This document shows positions 8,994 to 18,079 of a DNA stretch of 42,491 bases, piece after piece. The notes under the pieces were generated by a model that saw nothing but the letters and a program-made list of their open reading frames with translations, was not told the DNA's origin and did not search any database. How positions within the stretch are numbered: the stretch's first letter is position 1; every line of letters begins with the position of its first letter. Both the position numbers and the translations under genes were made by a program. The DNA is from a virus: the IMG/VR virus record IMGVR_UViG_3300045988_020338, positions 1 through 42,491 of that record; one strand, given 5' to 3'.

Positions 8994-9518
8994 TTATTCG
9001 CCCTCGGTAAAAGTAACCGTATTGCCAGAGATAGCGGCAGTGCCGACCGTGCGCGTGCCGCCAAGCGTCACGTCGATAGGCATACCGATAAAGCCGCCAC
9101 CCTCGCCGCCGAGGGAAGAGGGCTTAACCATGCAGGACGAATAACGCTCCGCAAATACTGCGGTCTTTGCCGTGCCTGCATAAGCGTGGACAATCAGCAC
9201 GTCCTGATTCGCCAGCGCCGCCGCGTTCTGCTCCTTGACCGCAAGATTCCAAACCTTGACGATGGCAGGATCGCCAGCGTCCAGATCAGACGGATCAAAG
9301 GTCTGCGTGATGATGGGTTTCTTCATGGTCGTGCGCGTCGTGCCGAGAATATCCTTCGAGGAATCCTCCTGCCAGTCGTATTCCATGCTGGAATCCGTAA
9401 CGCGCGTACCGAGGGGAGACCACGTGGGGGTTCCGGTTTCGCCCGTGTTCAGATACGCGATCAGAAGTTCTCGATCTACGGTCTGCCCCGCCGTGGTGTT
9501 AAAGGTCGTATCAGCCAT
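8994..9518 (-). CDS. Major tail protein
   Basis: 174 aa. MADTTFNTTAGQTVDRELLIAYLNTGETGTPTWSPLGTRVTDSSMEYDWQEDSSKDILG is a typical siphovirus major tail N-terminus. It sits between the tail terminator-like and chaperone genes. Confidence 0.8.
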   Translation of the reverse strand: MADTTFNTTAGQTVDRELLIAYLNTGETGTPTWSPLGTRVTDSSMEYDWQEDSSKDILGTTRTTMKKPIITQTFDPSDLDAGDPAIVKVWNLAVKEQNAAALANQDVLIVHAYAGTAKTAVFAERYSSCMVKPSSLGGEGGGFIGMPIDVTLGGTRTVGTAAISGNTVTFTEGE

Positions 9519-9867
9519 TTTTAATCACCTCGTAGTTCATTTTCATAAGGATTTGGTGATCTTCGTCGCCGTTTTCATACACGGCGAAAAGCGAGGATCG
9601 CGTTGTTGGCTCAATGCGAATGACGCGGCGACCGTCGCCAATGTCAGGCGGCGTTTCGCTTGCTGCCCAATCGCCCAATGCGTTAAGCAGCTCGTCAGCT
9701 TTGAGCCGTTTGTCATTGCTATTCCCCGGCTTCATGCGGTAGATAACCTTGAATTGGTATTCCGCCTGATACCCGCCGAGAATGTATTTTTTGACAATGT
9801 ATGCCGCCTGAATCGTGGACAGGGCCATCGCCGGAGTATCGGCGGGGAGAAATTCGAATCGAATCAA
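9511..9867 (-). CDS. Head-tail joining protein (tail terminator / minor-capsid-family); true start probably upstream
   Basis: The track ORF starts at TTG 9867 with no RBS. The frame stays open to 9972 and encodes ...SAAEEDQVSRKLLAWLNTFPNKPVD, which looks like a genuine N-terminus. See the finding on the ATT codon at 9957. Confidence 0.6.
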   Translation of the reverse strand: MIRFEFLPADTPAMALSTIQAAYIVKKYILGGYQAEYQFKVIYRMKPGNSNDKRLKADELLNALGDWAASETPPDIGDGRRVIRIEPTTRSSLFAVYENGDEDHQILMKMNYEVIKNG

Positions 9868-9952
9868 ATCAACCGGCTTATTGGGAAACGTGTTCAGCCA
9901 CGCAAGCAGTTTTCGCGATACTTGATCTTCTTCCGCTGCCGATACCGTCTTT

Positions 9953-10378
9953 TTAATCTGTTCCGTACTTCTTCACCGCCTTTCCTGCTACACGCGCCCA
10001 CTTGCCAAGATTCTGTGCTTTCGATGCTTCACACCAATGGGCTTGTGCCTGAGGATTAACATCTGTTCTAAACACCAAATTCCGGTCCGTCACTACCTTG
10101 TGTTCGCCTTTTCGCACCCAAGAGCTGCCAGTTTCAGGGTCTACCATCAGCTTTCCGCGGTAGAGGTATCCGGCATAAGGTCCCGGATATACAATACTGT
10201 TTCCGATGACACGCGTCCTGTTTATAAGCCCTGCGGCAGCCCCAGAGGACGGCACAAATGGTTGAGTGTCTTTCTCCATCTGCTCGGCTAAAACGTGCTC
10301 AGAGCGCGTACACGCCCTTGCAATGGCAGTCCTTACAGCGTCCATTCCATCGGTATGCACGGAAAACTTGATGCCCAT
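9953..10378 (-). CDS. Tail completion protein (HK97 gp10-like / minor capsid family)
   Basis: 141 aa in the head-tail joining gene run. Shares one nucleotide (10378) with the preceding gene's stop codon. Confidence 0.55.
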   Translation of the reverse strand: MGIKFSVHTDGMDAVRTAIARACTRSEHVLAEQMEKDTQPFVPSSGAAAGLINRTRVIGNSIVYPGPYAGYLYRGKLMVDPETGSSWVRKGEHKVVTDRNLVFRTDVNPQAQAHWCEASKAQNLGKWARVAGKAVKKYGTD

Positions 10379-10833
10379 TACGCACCTCCGACTTCCCAGT
10401 GCTGCATATCGGGGCTACCGTAGTCCATCGCATCAACCTTGGTCACGTTGTAGCAATCGTCGTGATAGCGAACGACGTTTAGATTCGCGCCATTAAACAC
10501 AAACTCGCCCTTGATAAACAACGTTTCGCCGCCGTTCCCGTCATAAGAAAGCGTCCATAGCCCGCTGCGATCTGTAGCTTTAACAAACTCTTGCGGCTTT
10601 GCATAGGTCTTCGCCGCGCCCGTATTTCCGTCAACGGCTTCCGCCGCAAATGGAATGTACAGGTTTGCCGCATCAGCCCCCTCAAGTCCGCTTTCACGCA
10701 CGTTCGCGCCCTTGCTTGCTTGCAGCATCACGCCGCGCAGAATAGTAATATAAACGTGCGTGACCTCGTCCAGCGTTGCCGGGTCGGTCTCCTGCACGAT
10801 GTTGTAAATTGTCACAGTGTGGGGAGCGTACAT
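10378..10833 (-). CDS. Head closure / minor capsid family protein
   Basis: 151 aa. The MYAPHTVTIYN... N-terminus is typical of this position in Firmicute siphoviruses. Confidence 0.5.
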   Translation of the reverse strand: MYAPHTVTIYNIVQETDPATLDEVTHVYITILRGVMLQASKGANVRESGLEGADAANLYIPFAAEAVDGNTGAAKTYAKPQEFVKATDRSGLWTLSYDGNGGETLFIKGEFVFNGANLNVVRYHDDCYNVTKVDAMDYGSPDMQHWEVGGA

Positions 10834-11249
10834 CTACAACCACCTCCGCGATACAGCAGTCCGGTATGTGCAAGGTATTCCATGCACGTTTCTGCCAGCA
10901 GTTTCTTCGCACCGTCCGTTGCACTGAGCGCAGACAGGGCGGATTCCCCGCCCGTTGCAAGCGTTCTGGAATAGCTGCCTACCGTTTCGCTTTTGACTTC
11001 TGCGTCACCGTCGGCAGCGTTGGCAAGATTCTTCTGGGCCATCGCCTGTGCCGCTTCAATGACCGCGTACTTGTCCACAAGGGCACAGCAGCACATTTTG
11101 ATTGCATCAAGAGTGGCGTTATCCGCCGCCTTGTTGCGCGTGTAATAGTCGAGGAAAGAGCTGGCGCGGACAACAAGACGCGGGAAGTCATTTTCACTCA
11201 CAGCGCCCATATAGGTACCGGTGTAGTATGTATAATCAGCGTATGTCAT
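10812..11249 (-). CDS. Head-tail connector (gp6/gp15-like adaptor)
   Basis: 145 aa, first gene after the major capsid gene. MTYADYTYYTGTYMG...DFPRLVVRASSFLDYYT matches the connector-type N-terminus. Confidence 0.55.
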   Translation of the reverse strand: MTYADYTYYTGTYMGAVSENDFPRLVVRASSFLDYYTRNKAADNATLDAIKMCCCALVDKYAVIEAAQAMAQKNLANAADGDAEVKSETVGSYSRTLATGGESALSALSATDGAKKLLAETCMEYLAHTGLLYRGGGCRCTLPTL

Positions 11250-11269
11250 ACGGGTCAGCTCCTTTCAAA

Positions 11270-12487
11270 TCAGGCAGAAACGGTAACGGTGGCCGTGCCG
11301 GTCTTGGCTCCGTCCTGCTTAGACTTCGCGGTAACGGTGATGCTGCTCTTGGTTTCGGTAGCGGAAACGGTCAGAACACCCTCATCGCTGATCTTGCTCT
11401 TCGTACCGTCCTGAGACCATTCGACTTCGCCGTTGATAATGCCCTCGCCGTCAACCTTGGCGGTAAACAGCTTGCTCTCGCCCTTCTTTACGGTGGCGGT
11501 AGCAGGGGTCACAACGACGGTGGAAATTGCACCGCCCTTGCCGTAAACAGAGAACGGGAAGGGATTCGCCTTTTCCGCATTGTAGGCGTTGATGGGGTTC
11601 GCGATCTCCCAGCCGAGACGCATGACGGCACGCAGCGCGACCATATCGTTCTGCATGAGGTTGTAGGTGATTGCCTTGGTAGCAGGATCCTGAATAACGC
11701 CCTCGGTGAAGATCTTGAAGGTCATGTCCTGACGAATGGCATAGACAAGCTGGCTCCAATCGCCGACGATCATCTGCGCCTGCGCAGGGTCGAACGCGCC
11801 GTTCATGGGGAAGTACATGTCCATGCCGTCCAGACCGTAGCGGGTAGCGCCCTGCATATCGGTCTTGAAAAGCGGCTGACCGGAAGTGTCGCGGAGACCG
11901 CGCAGCTTGCCGCGCATCTGAATTGCGGACATGACGCCATTGGGGTTGAAGCCGTCCAGCTCGACCTTAGAGATCAGGCCGCCATCGCCCATCACATCGG
12001 CGTAGATGTCAGAACTGATGGGGACGCCATTACCGGCAGAAATAGCGGAAGGAACAACACCTTCGCGCCAAGTGCCCGGCTTGTTCGTGCCAAACAGAAT
12101 AGCCGCGTCAATGACCTTGCCGAAAGCCTCGGTCAGACGGGGCTTGACCTCGCCCCAAATGTCATAGTCCGCATCATCGAGAGCGGCCTCGGGAATGGGG
12201 ACGATGACCGCGATCTCCTCGGCGTACAGTTTCTTCTTGTCCCACGCCATCTTCGTGGTCTGCTTGAATGCCTCGCCTGCGCCACTGTCAGTGGCTTCGC
12301 CATTGACAAAGTACGCAGAGGGAAGTGCGTCAAGCACGTTGATGGTCTGCGTCTTGCTGGACATATTCGCCAGACGACGGCCCATGCGCAGGACAGCGGA
12401 TTCCGCGATAGCGCCCTGCATGATCTCGCGGGTTACGGGTTCCGGAATAAGACCGGAAAGTGCGCTTCTGTCGATGATGTTTGCCAT
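11270..12487 (-). CDS. Major capsid protein (HK97 fold) with C-terminal Ig-like (Big_2-type) domain
   Basis: 405 aa, immediately after the scaffold gene. The core resembles the phage capsid family. The last ~85 aa (VVVTPATATVKKGESKLFTAKVDGEG...VTAKSKQDGAKTGTATVTVSA) look like a bacterial Ig-like domain. Confidence 0.9.
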   Translation of the reverse strand: MANIIDRSALSGLIPEPVTREIMQGAIAESAVLRMGRRLANMSSKTQTINVLDALPSAYFVNGEATDSGAGEAFKQTTKMAWDKKKLYAEEIAVIVPIPEAALDDADYDIWGEVKPRLTEAFGKVIDAAILFGTNKPGTWREGVVPSAISAGNGVPISSDIYADVMGDGGLISKVELDGFNPNGVMSAIQMRGKLRGLRDTSGQPLFKTDMQGATRYGLDGMDMYFPMNGAFDPAQAQMIVGDWSQLVYAIRQDMTFKIFTEGVIQDPATKAITYNLMQNDMVALRAVMRLGWEIANPINAYNAEKANPFPFSVYGKGGAISTVVVTPATATVKKGESKLFTAKVDGEGIINGEVEWSQDGTKSKISDEGVLTVSATETKSSITVTAKSKQDGAKTGTATVTVSA

Positions 12488-12490
12488 GTG

Positions 12491-13003
12491 TTAAATCTTC
12501 CTTTCTTCCTTAAGTGCGCCGCGAATAAGAGAGTTCATCGCAGCATTGACGTTGTTTTTCTCGCTGCCGCCACCAGTGGGGGCAGTCCAATCAAATTTGA
12601 CCTTCTGCCGGTTTTCGGTAAGTTTATCCACGGCCTGTTCAAAGGTGGTCTTGTCATCCACCATCTTTTCAGCCTTGAAGGAGATAAACTCCGCTTCCTC
12701 GCCGGTTAGCCCCTTGGAAAGCACATACTTCTCGCGCTTGAGCTGCTGAACTTCGGCCTGCGCTGCGGTCAGGGCGGACTTGTTATCCGCAAACTCCTTT
12801 TCGCGCTTTGCCTGCCGCTCCTGCTCGGTCTGCTGACTGTCTTTCCATGTGCGATACGCGGTCATCTCGTCCTCGCTGGGGTACTTCTTCCGTTCTCTGT
12901 CAAGCCTCGCCTGAATCATTTTGTCAACGTCAGCCTGAGTGAACGTCTTTTCCTGCTCTTGCGCAGTTGTTCCCGTGCTCTGCACGGTGGTTTCTTCTGC
13001 CAT
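12491..13003 (-). CDS. Capsid scaffolding protein (DUF4355-like)
   Basis: 170 aa, charged, coiled coil. FTQADVDKMIQARLDRERKK motif. Lies directly upstream of the capsid gene. Confidence 0.8.
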   Translation of the reverse strand: MAEETTVQSTGTTAQEQEKTFTQADVDKMIQARLDRERKKYPSEDEMTAYRTWKDSQQTEQERQAKREKEFADNKSALTAAQAEVQQLKREKYVLSKGLTGEEAEFISFKAEKMVDDKTTFEQAVDKLTENRQKVKFDWTAPTGGGSEKNNVNAAMNSLIRGALKEERKI

Positions 13004-13043
13004 AAAAATCTCCTTGTTTAACGACCTGTCGGTCAGTGTTGAT

Positions 13044-13087
13044 AAAACAAAAGAGCCAACCTGTAAGCGTTCCTTACAAGTTGGCTC
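13044..13087 (-). terminator. Strong rho-independent terminator (minus strand)
   Basis: 15-bp stem 13053-13067 / 13073-13087. On the minus-sense RNA it has one G-U pair; on the plus sense that position is a C-A mismatch. 5-nt loop, followed on the minus strand by UUUUGUUUU (13052-13044). Confidence 0.8.
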
Positions 13088-13107
13088 CTATTGCCCTTTC
13101 CCGCGCC

Positions 13108-13245
13108 CTATTGCGCGGAAGTGCTGTATTTGATTGTTTTCTTGACTTCTAAAACGACGTACCCGTCACCCTTTCGGCGAATTTCCGCATCGTTTCCGCG
13201 CTTCAAAATTGCATCAATTTCCTTTTTGACTTCTTCCCAGCTCAA
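13108..13245 (-). CDS. Small hypothetical protein (45 aa, TTG start)
   Basis: Not in the ORF track (<60 aa). TTG 13245 overlaps the TGA of the minor head gene (TTGA). Hand translation: SWEEVKKEIDAILKRGNDAEIRRKGDGYVVLEVKKTIKYSTSAQ*. Confidence 0.4.
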   Translation of the reverse strand: MSWEEVKKEIDAILKRGNDAEIRRKGDGYVVLEVKKTIKYSTSAQ

Positions 13246-14414
13246 TACAGCACCTTCATTCTTTCCCTCTGCTCCGGCAGCCCTGCCGCCGCGCTGAACG
13301 CCTTGTATTTTGCGTTTAACCGCCGCAGCCTTATATTTACCGCAGTCTCATCTCCATGCAATCCTGCGGCCTTGTAAGCGGCTTTTTCGCGCTTTAGTTT
13401 GCGCACTTCTCGCTCAACGCGCCGTTGCATCTGTGTCGCTTCGTATGCGGTGTATGATTTCCCGTCAAAGGTGCAGCCAAGCCCATCATCGATACGCTCT
13501 AACTGCTCATCGGTATAGGTGCGCTCCGACACGCCCTCAACCCATGGGAACCGCCTATGGCGGCAATTTGCTCCTTCCAGCCCGTCAACAGCTCCCAGAC
13601 CGCACACCTCATAGATGTTCGGATAGATGTCCCCGGCACGGACGCTGTAAACACGGCCTTGCCAATCCTTATGGCTTGACCACGGTGATGGTCCCGGCTT
13701 ATCACGAGCGCCGGAATGCGCGGAAACCTCAAAATAAGGGGTTTCAAGATACTCTGCGGACTGCTCCGTATACTTAGCGCAGATCTGATTCACGCCCGTC
13801 ATAACTGCGCGGCGGGCGGCTACGTCGATCTGGTCACGGTGCCCGCTCTCATAGTCAACTACCTTCAATCCGCTGTCTGCAAGTTGCTTTACTGCCGTCT
13901 TGATGGCCTGATTGTAGTTGATAGCGCCGCTCTGGATTTGCATTGTGGCGTTATCAAGCGCCCATTGGTAGGCATTTGCAGGCGGCAGCATCGTCCGCCC
14001 AGCATCCACCAAGAACCCCATAGACCGCGTAAGGTTGCGCATGATCTGCTTTGTCTGCTCGTATATTGCCCAGGTATCCTCAATGCTCACCAGCGTTTCC
14101 GGCTGCGTGATATGGGCAATGTCAATAAGGTCGGTGTAATACTTCTGATTCCGCTCTACTACATCGTCAAGCAACTCTTTCAGCTTCTTCTCGCTGATGC
14201 CCGCAGTCTTGCGGATTGCCTTTTCGATGTCTTTTAGGTCGATGCCATGCGACTGAAGCGCCCGAATATCCTGTACTGTGACCTCGTTAAGCTGATCTGC
14301 CAGCTTCAAGCGGCTGCATATCTCGTCAAGCAGCGTATCTTCAAGGGTGCGAAACAGTTCTGCCAGTTCTTCCGGCAGCGCGTCAAGGATTTCCGGCTGA
14401 AACGGATATTTCAT
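13242..14414 (-). CDS. Minor head / head morphogenesis protein (SPP1 gp7 / Mu F-like)
   Basis: 390 aa with GGAGGAAAGCAA upstream. Conserved central segment (AINYNQAIKTAVKQLADSGLKVVDYESGHRDQIDVAARRAVMTGVNQ) and C-terminal NCRHRRFP motif. Confidence 0.85.
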   Translation of the reverse strand: MKYPFQPEILDALPEELAELFRTLEDTLLDEICSRLKLADQLNEVTVQDIRALQSHGIDLKDIEKAIRKTAGISEKKLKELLDDVVERNQKYYTDLIDIAHITQPETLVSIEDTWAIYEQTKQIMRNLTRSMGFLVDAGRTMLPPANAYQWALDNATMQIQSGAINYNQAIKTAVKQLADSGLKVVDYESGHRDQIDVAARRAVMTGVNQICAKYTEQSAEYLETPYFEVSAHSGARDKPGPSPWSSHKDWQGRVYSVRAGDIYPNIYEVCGLGAVDGLEGANCRHRRFPWVEGVSERTYTDEQLERIDDGLGCTFDGKSYTAYEATQMQRRVEREVRKLKREKAAYKAAGLHGDETAVNIRLRRLNAKYKAFSAAAGLPEQRERMKVLY

Positions 14415-15030
14415 TTGCTTTCCTCCGTTTCACAATATCATCATAGTGCGGTTTTACGCGAATTACATTCCAGTCGCATTCCTCTGGTACTTTTCCATAA
14501 AAGATAACCCATTCCGGCGACAGCCGTTTCATCATTTCCTCGTAGCCGCGCAGAAACAGCCGCTTGCTTTCCTTGTTCTGCTGTGTGCCTACCGAACTAA
14601 CCGCAACTATCCCGCCGACAGGCTCGCCATCAAAGCACCAATCATAGCTTTGTTCGTCGCTCCATGAGATCGTTGGATAAACCGTCATGCCGTGGAGCTG
14701 CCAATATGCCGCCAACCAATGCTTGCGGTAATGGTTGTATATCTGCATCGCCAGCGGCATATCTGTGTAGGTGGAAAAGTCCGGTGCACACACGGCCGCA
14801 AACTGCGACAGTTTCGGAATGTACTTGTCAGGCGTATTCCAATATCGAATGAATTGATAATCGTCCACAAAGAAATGCACCATCTTGCTTTTCGTGTTTT
14901 TCGCGGTGTAATGGTAATTCACGGGGATAAACTCACCTTGTGGGTATGCCTTGACCGGCTCGATTTGTGGGATATCGTACTTCCCAACACCAAAGAATGT
15001 GAACTTGTCGAGATTTTCAAAGTTAATCAT
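14383..15030 (-). CDS. DUF4417-like protein
   Basis: 215 aa. VHFFVDDYQFIRYWNTPDKYIPKL...VCAPDFSTYTDMPLAMQIYNHYRKHWLAAYWQLHGMTVYPTISWSDEQSY matches my memory of the DUF4417 signature. Confidence 0.65.
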   Translation of the reverse strand: MINFENLDKFTFFGVGKYDIPQIEPVKAYPQGEFIPVNYHYTAKNTKSKMVHFFVDDYQFIRYWNTPDKYIPKLSQFAAVCAPDFSTYTDMPLAMQIYNHYRKHWLAAYWQLHGMTVYPTISWSDEQSYDWCFDGEPVGGIVAVSSVGTQQNKESKRLFLRGYEEMMKRLSPEWVIFYGKVPEECDWNVIRVKPHYDDIVKRRKANEISVSAGNP

Positions 15031-15072
15031 AACTCTTCATGCTCATTCATCTGCTTGCTCCGTGTCCGACCA

Positions 15073-15414
15073 TTATTTTCTCCTGCGCGGTTCTCTCCCG
15101 CGTTTAATTATCCGTTCCTCTTTGCTCGATTTCCCTTTTCTCAAAAGGCCATCTTTTCCGATTGTCCCAGTAAAAACAGTTTTCCGTTCCACAATATCGT
15201 TTTTCTCTTCCGACTGCATTTTACCGCCGTGAACGTGAGCATAATTCCGCGTTTCTGTGTATGTATATTCCACAATTCCATCAGAGCGCAACTTAAATTT
15301 TGGCGCGGTTTTATGCACATCTTCGGAAATGGCCGCGCTCATATTCCCCATAATCCTGCGCTGCTCTGATGTTGCCCGTCCAAGTCCGCCACCGGCTCCA
15401 CCTCTGCCGCCCAT
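15073..15414 (-). CDS. Basic Gly/Arg-rich hypothetical protein
   Basis: ORF 15073..15501 trimmed to ATG 15414 (TGATG junction with the portal stop). 113 aa: MGGRGGAGGGLGRATSEQRR...KGKSSKEERIIKRGREPRRRK. Confidence 0.5.
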   Translation of the reverse strand: MGGRGGAGGGLGRATSEQRRIMGNMSAAISEDVHKTAPKFKLRSDGIVEYTYTETRNYAHVHGGKMQSEEKNDIVERKTVFTGTIGKDGLLRKGKSSKEERIIKRGREPRRRK

Positions 15415-16844
15415 CACTCTACCTCCTCTTGTCCTTCGGTTGTCATGTCCTGCATCTTCGGGAGCGCCGCCTTTGCGGTGTCTTCGTCCTCTCCGTACCA
15501 CTTCATGCGGTATTCAAGTACGCTCATAACGCCCATATTCACGTCTTGCCGGTCTTGCGCCCGCTGGCTTTCGGTATCAACAATGATTGAATCGTCAAAG
15601 TCAATCGACACTTTCACGTTTTCGTCAAGCCCTACGTTCATGGCCGTGTTCCCAAGTCGCAACAGGATTCTGCAAAGTTCCTCAATAACTGAGAAAAGAA
15701 TCACTTCATGCTTCTTGATTGTGCGGAACATGGTGCTGTTCTCGCTGATGACCTGCGTAGCCGTGGCCACGCTGCTACCGTCAAAGCGATAATAGGTTTC
15801 TCCGAATCCGCACTTGCTGGACAGGATATTGAGCTGGTCTTGAATACCAGTATTGTGTTCCGCCGTCCTAAGCGTCATATCAATAGGGGTGATAATCGCG
15901 CCATCGCTCACGTCCTCCGGCAGAACATAGAACGCCACATCGGATGGGTCGAATACCGGCTCACCGTCAAGATACTTTGCCGCAGAGGGCTTGACCATGA
16001 TGCGCTTTTTCCCGAGCCGGAACTCGTTGACATAGCTGTCATAGGCAATGTCAACACCTTGCAGCACGTCGATAGCGTTTGCATAAACCGCAATGCCGGT
16101 CGGCAGCAGATAGTTAAAATTGTTGGCAATGTTCAGCCGGTCAATGACAAACTGACGCTTATCGTTTCCGGTATGCACCACGGGCGGAATGTTCTCGAAG
16201 CCCTTGACGTTTGTAAGGCGTTCGTCAGACAACATCTCGTTGTCATAGCGGTAAATGCGGTTGTCGATGATATAGCTGCCGCCTTCGTCCTTGTGGTGGA
16301 TTTGGAGATACAGATAATCATGGCCATTGCGCGTCACAACGGAAGAAAACGCGCACTCGCTGATAAAGCCGTTCTGCCATGCCAGCGGGTAAATGTTCTC
16401 AATGGTCACATAGTCCAGAATGATACCGGAAGCATTTCCGGGGACGATCTCACCGCCCTCGTTGATCTCCTGCCCGATTACGCGGGGGATATATGCCACT
16501 GTGCCAAGCGCAGATTTCATCTCCTGCATCTCGTTTGCCTTGACCGTGAAATTATTCTCGGTTAAAACCCGGTCGATGAACTCCTGTTCCTTCTGGCCTT
16601 CAAGGGTGATTTGAACTTTCTCATTCATCAGCAGATTGGCCCAGTCCTCGCACAGCTTCTTTCCCATGCCGAGGGAGTACCGCTTGCAGTTAACCATGCT
16701 CTCGCCGTTGCGCACGCGGTAGCCATGAAAGCCTTTCACGTTGCCCTGATACCAGCTTTTCCACTCCGCCACCTTACTGTAAAACGCTTCGGGGATGGTG
16801 GAATAGCCTAATTCATTCAGTTTTTGGATTACTGCATTACTCAT
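15414..16844 (-). CDS. Portal protein (SPP1 Gp6-like)
   Basis: 476 aa, directly downstream of terL with a 4-nt overlap. Typical portal N-terminus (AEWKSWYQGNVKGFHGYRVRNG...) and acidic C-terminus. Confidence 0.9.
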   Translation of the reverse strand: MSNAVIQKLNELGYSTIPEAFYSKVAEWKSWYQGNVKGFHGYRVRNGESMVNCKRYSLGMGKKLCEDWANLLMNEKVQITLEGQKEQEFIDRVLTENNFTVKANEMQEMKSALGTVAYIPRVIGQEINEGGEIVPGNASGIILDYVTIENIYPLAWQNGFISECAFSSVVTRNGHDYLYLQIHHKDEGGSYIIDNRIYRYDNEMLSDERLTNVKGFENIPPVVHTGNDKRQFVIDRLNIANNFNYLLPTGIAVYANAIDVLQGVDIAYDSYVNEFRLGKKRIMVKPSAAKYLDGEPVFDPSDVAFYVLPEDVSDGAIITPIDMTLRTAEHNTGIQDQLNILSSKCGFGETYYRFDGSSVATATQVISENSTMFRTIKKHEVILFSVIEELCRILLRLGNTAMNVGLDENVKVSIDFDDSIIVDTESQRAQDRQDVNMGVMSVLEYRMKWYGEDEDTAKAALPKMQDMTTEGQEEVE

Positions 16845-18079
16845 GCGATAACTCCCATTCTGCGGCTAATTGGCTCAACTGCATAGCGCAGTGCGTCTAT
16901 CAAATGGTTCTTCTCGTCTGGGTAGCCGCTGATAAAGTTTCCGTCTTTGTCACGGTCGTATTCGTAGTTTACAAACTCGTCATAGGCGTGCGGCGTGCGT
17001 CTACGGTCAATAACAATCTTCCGGCGTTGCAGCCACTTCATGCCGTAAGCCACGCTGTCTGGTCCCTTTACGGCAGCTTTGGCAGGCAATCCCATAGCCC
17101 GGAAGTCGGCTACGCTTTTAGGCTCTGCGCTGTCGCAGATGATATAGGCGCTGGCGTATCCTTTTGCCTTAATCATGCCCGCGCTCTGCTCGTTGGAAAG
17201 TTTGTTTTGATATATCTCATCTATCAGGTAAATTGTCTCCCGCGCCTTGTCGTAGTGCACGCGGATAAATGCAAACGGGTCAGGGAACCACCCATAGTCC
17301 ACGCCCTGATAAATCCTATCAAAGTGGCTGATTTCCTCGTCTGTAATCTCCCTCAGTTCCAAATTGTCAAACACGTTCCCGCCGGTGCCGACCGGGATAC
17401 CGAGATATTCGTGCTGATACGCGCGCTCGTCTGTCTCTTTGAGGTGTTCCGCTTCTTCAAGAAACTGTTCGCCCAACCATTCAGGCGGTGCTTGCAGGTA
17501 CGTTGACTTGTGGCACAGCCGGTCAGCCCGTTCCTCCAAACTGTCCTTGTTTGCCCAGTTGTCCCGGCTGATCGGCGGGTTATAGCTTTCAAAATTCCAG
17601 AAAACCGAACCGCCGCGCATGGTCGACTGCAAAATGTTTCGTATCTCCGCGCGTCCGGCAAACTGATCTTTCTCTTCAAAGTGCGTCACGGCGATATAAC
17701 CAAACGGCACCTTGATAGACTTGATCTTCATGGGGTCATCCGCGCCGCGGAACATGATCTTCTGCCCGGTAGGCTTGTAGATCAGCTCCATCGGGGAAAC
17801 CTTGGCTTCCCAGTACGCCGCCATTCCCAGCTCACCGATTGCCCAGATATACTGTGCATAGACGCTATCGCGGATCGTGGTTGCCACCTTGCGCAGCACA
17901 AGCGCGTGTGTTCCCGGATTGGCAACCAGTAAAAGCGGAACAATAATTGATACCGTGGAGGACTTCAGTGAGCCGCGCCCACCGCTGAAATCGTAGTGCG
18001 TGTGACCGTGGCAGAACACGTCATGCGCCACGCCGTAGAACGCCGGTCCGATTTTCTCTGACAGAAGAATATCAGACAT
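16841..18079 (-). CDS. terL: Terminase large subunit (PBSX-type)
   Basis: 412 aa. Walker-A-like GGRGSLKSS near the N-terminus, nuclease-half acidic motifs, and an 8-nt overlap with terS. Confidence 0.9.
   Translation of the reverse strand: MSDILLSEKIGPAFYGVAHDVFCHGHTHYDFSGGRGSLKSSTVSIIVPLLLVANPGTHALVLRKVATTIRDSVYAQYIWAIGELGMAAYWEAKVSPMELIYKPTGQKIMFRGADDPMKIKSIKVPFGYIAVTHFEEKDQFAGRAEIRNILQSTMRGGSVFWNFESYNPPISRDNWANKDSLEERADRLCHKSTYLQAPPEWLGEQFLEEAEHLKETDERAYQHEYLGIPVGTGGNVFDNLELREITDEEISHFDRIYQGVDYGWFPDPFAFIRVHYDKARETIYLIDEIYQNKLSNEQSAGMIKAKGYASAYIICDSAEPKSVADFRAMGLPAKAAVKGPDSVAYGMKWLQRRKIVIDRRRTPHAYDEFVNYEYDRDKDGNFISGYPDEKNHLIDALRYAVEPISRRMGVIA

Noticed and set aside
11102-12709. 535-aa plus-strand ORF. 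Similar long plus-strand ORFs occur at 5359..6375, 6388..7230, 15708..16565, 26387..27403, 27730..28452, 28893..30173, 35685..36479, 39662..40399 and 40885..41724.
   Set aside because: All lie antisense to well-supported minus-strand genes with recognisable families. Their products are Arg/Ala/Gly/Leu/His-rich, as expected for shadow frames of GC-rich coding DNA. None has a convincing RBS.
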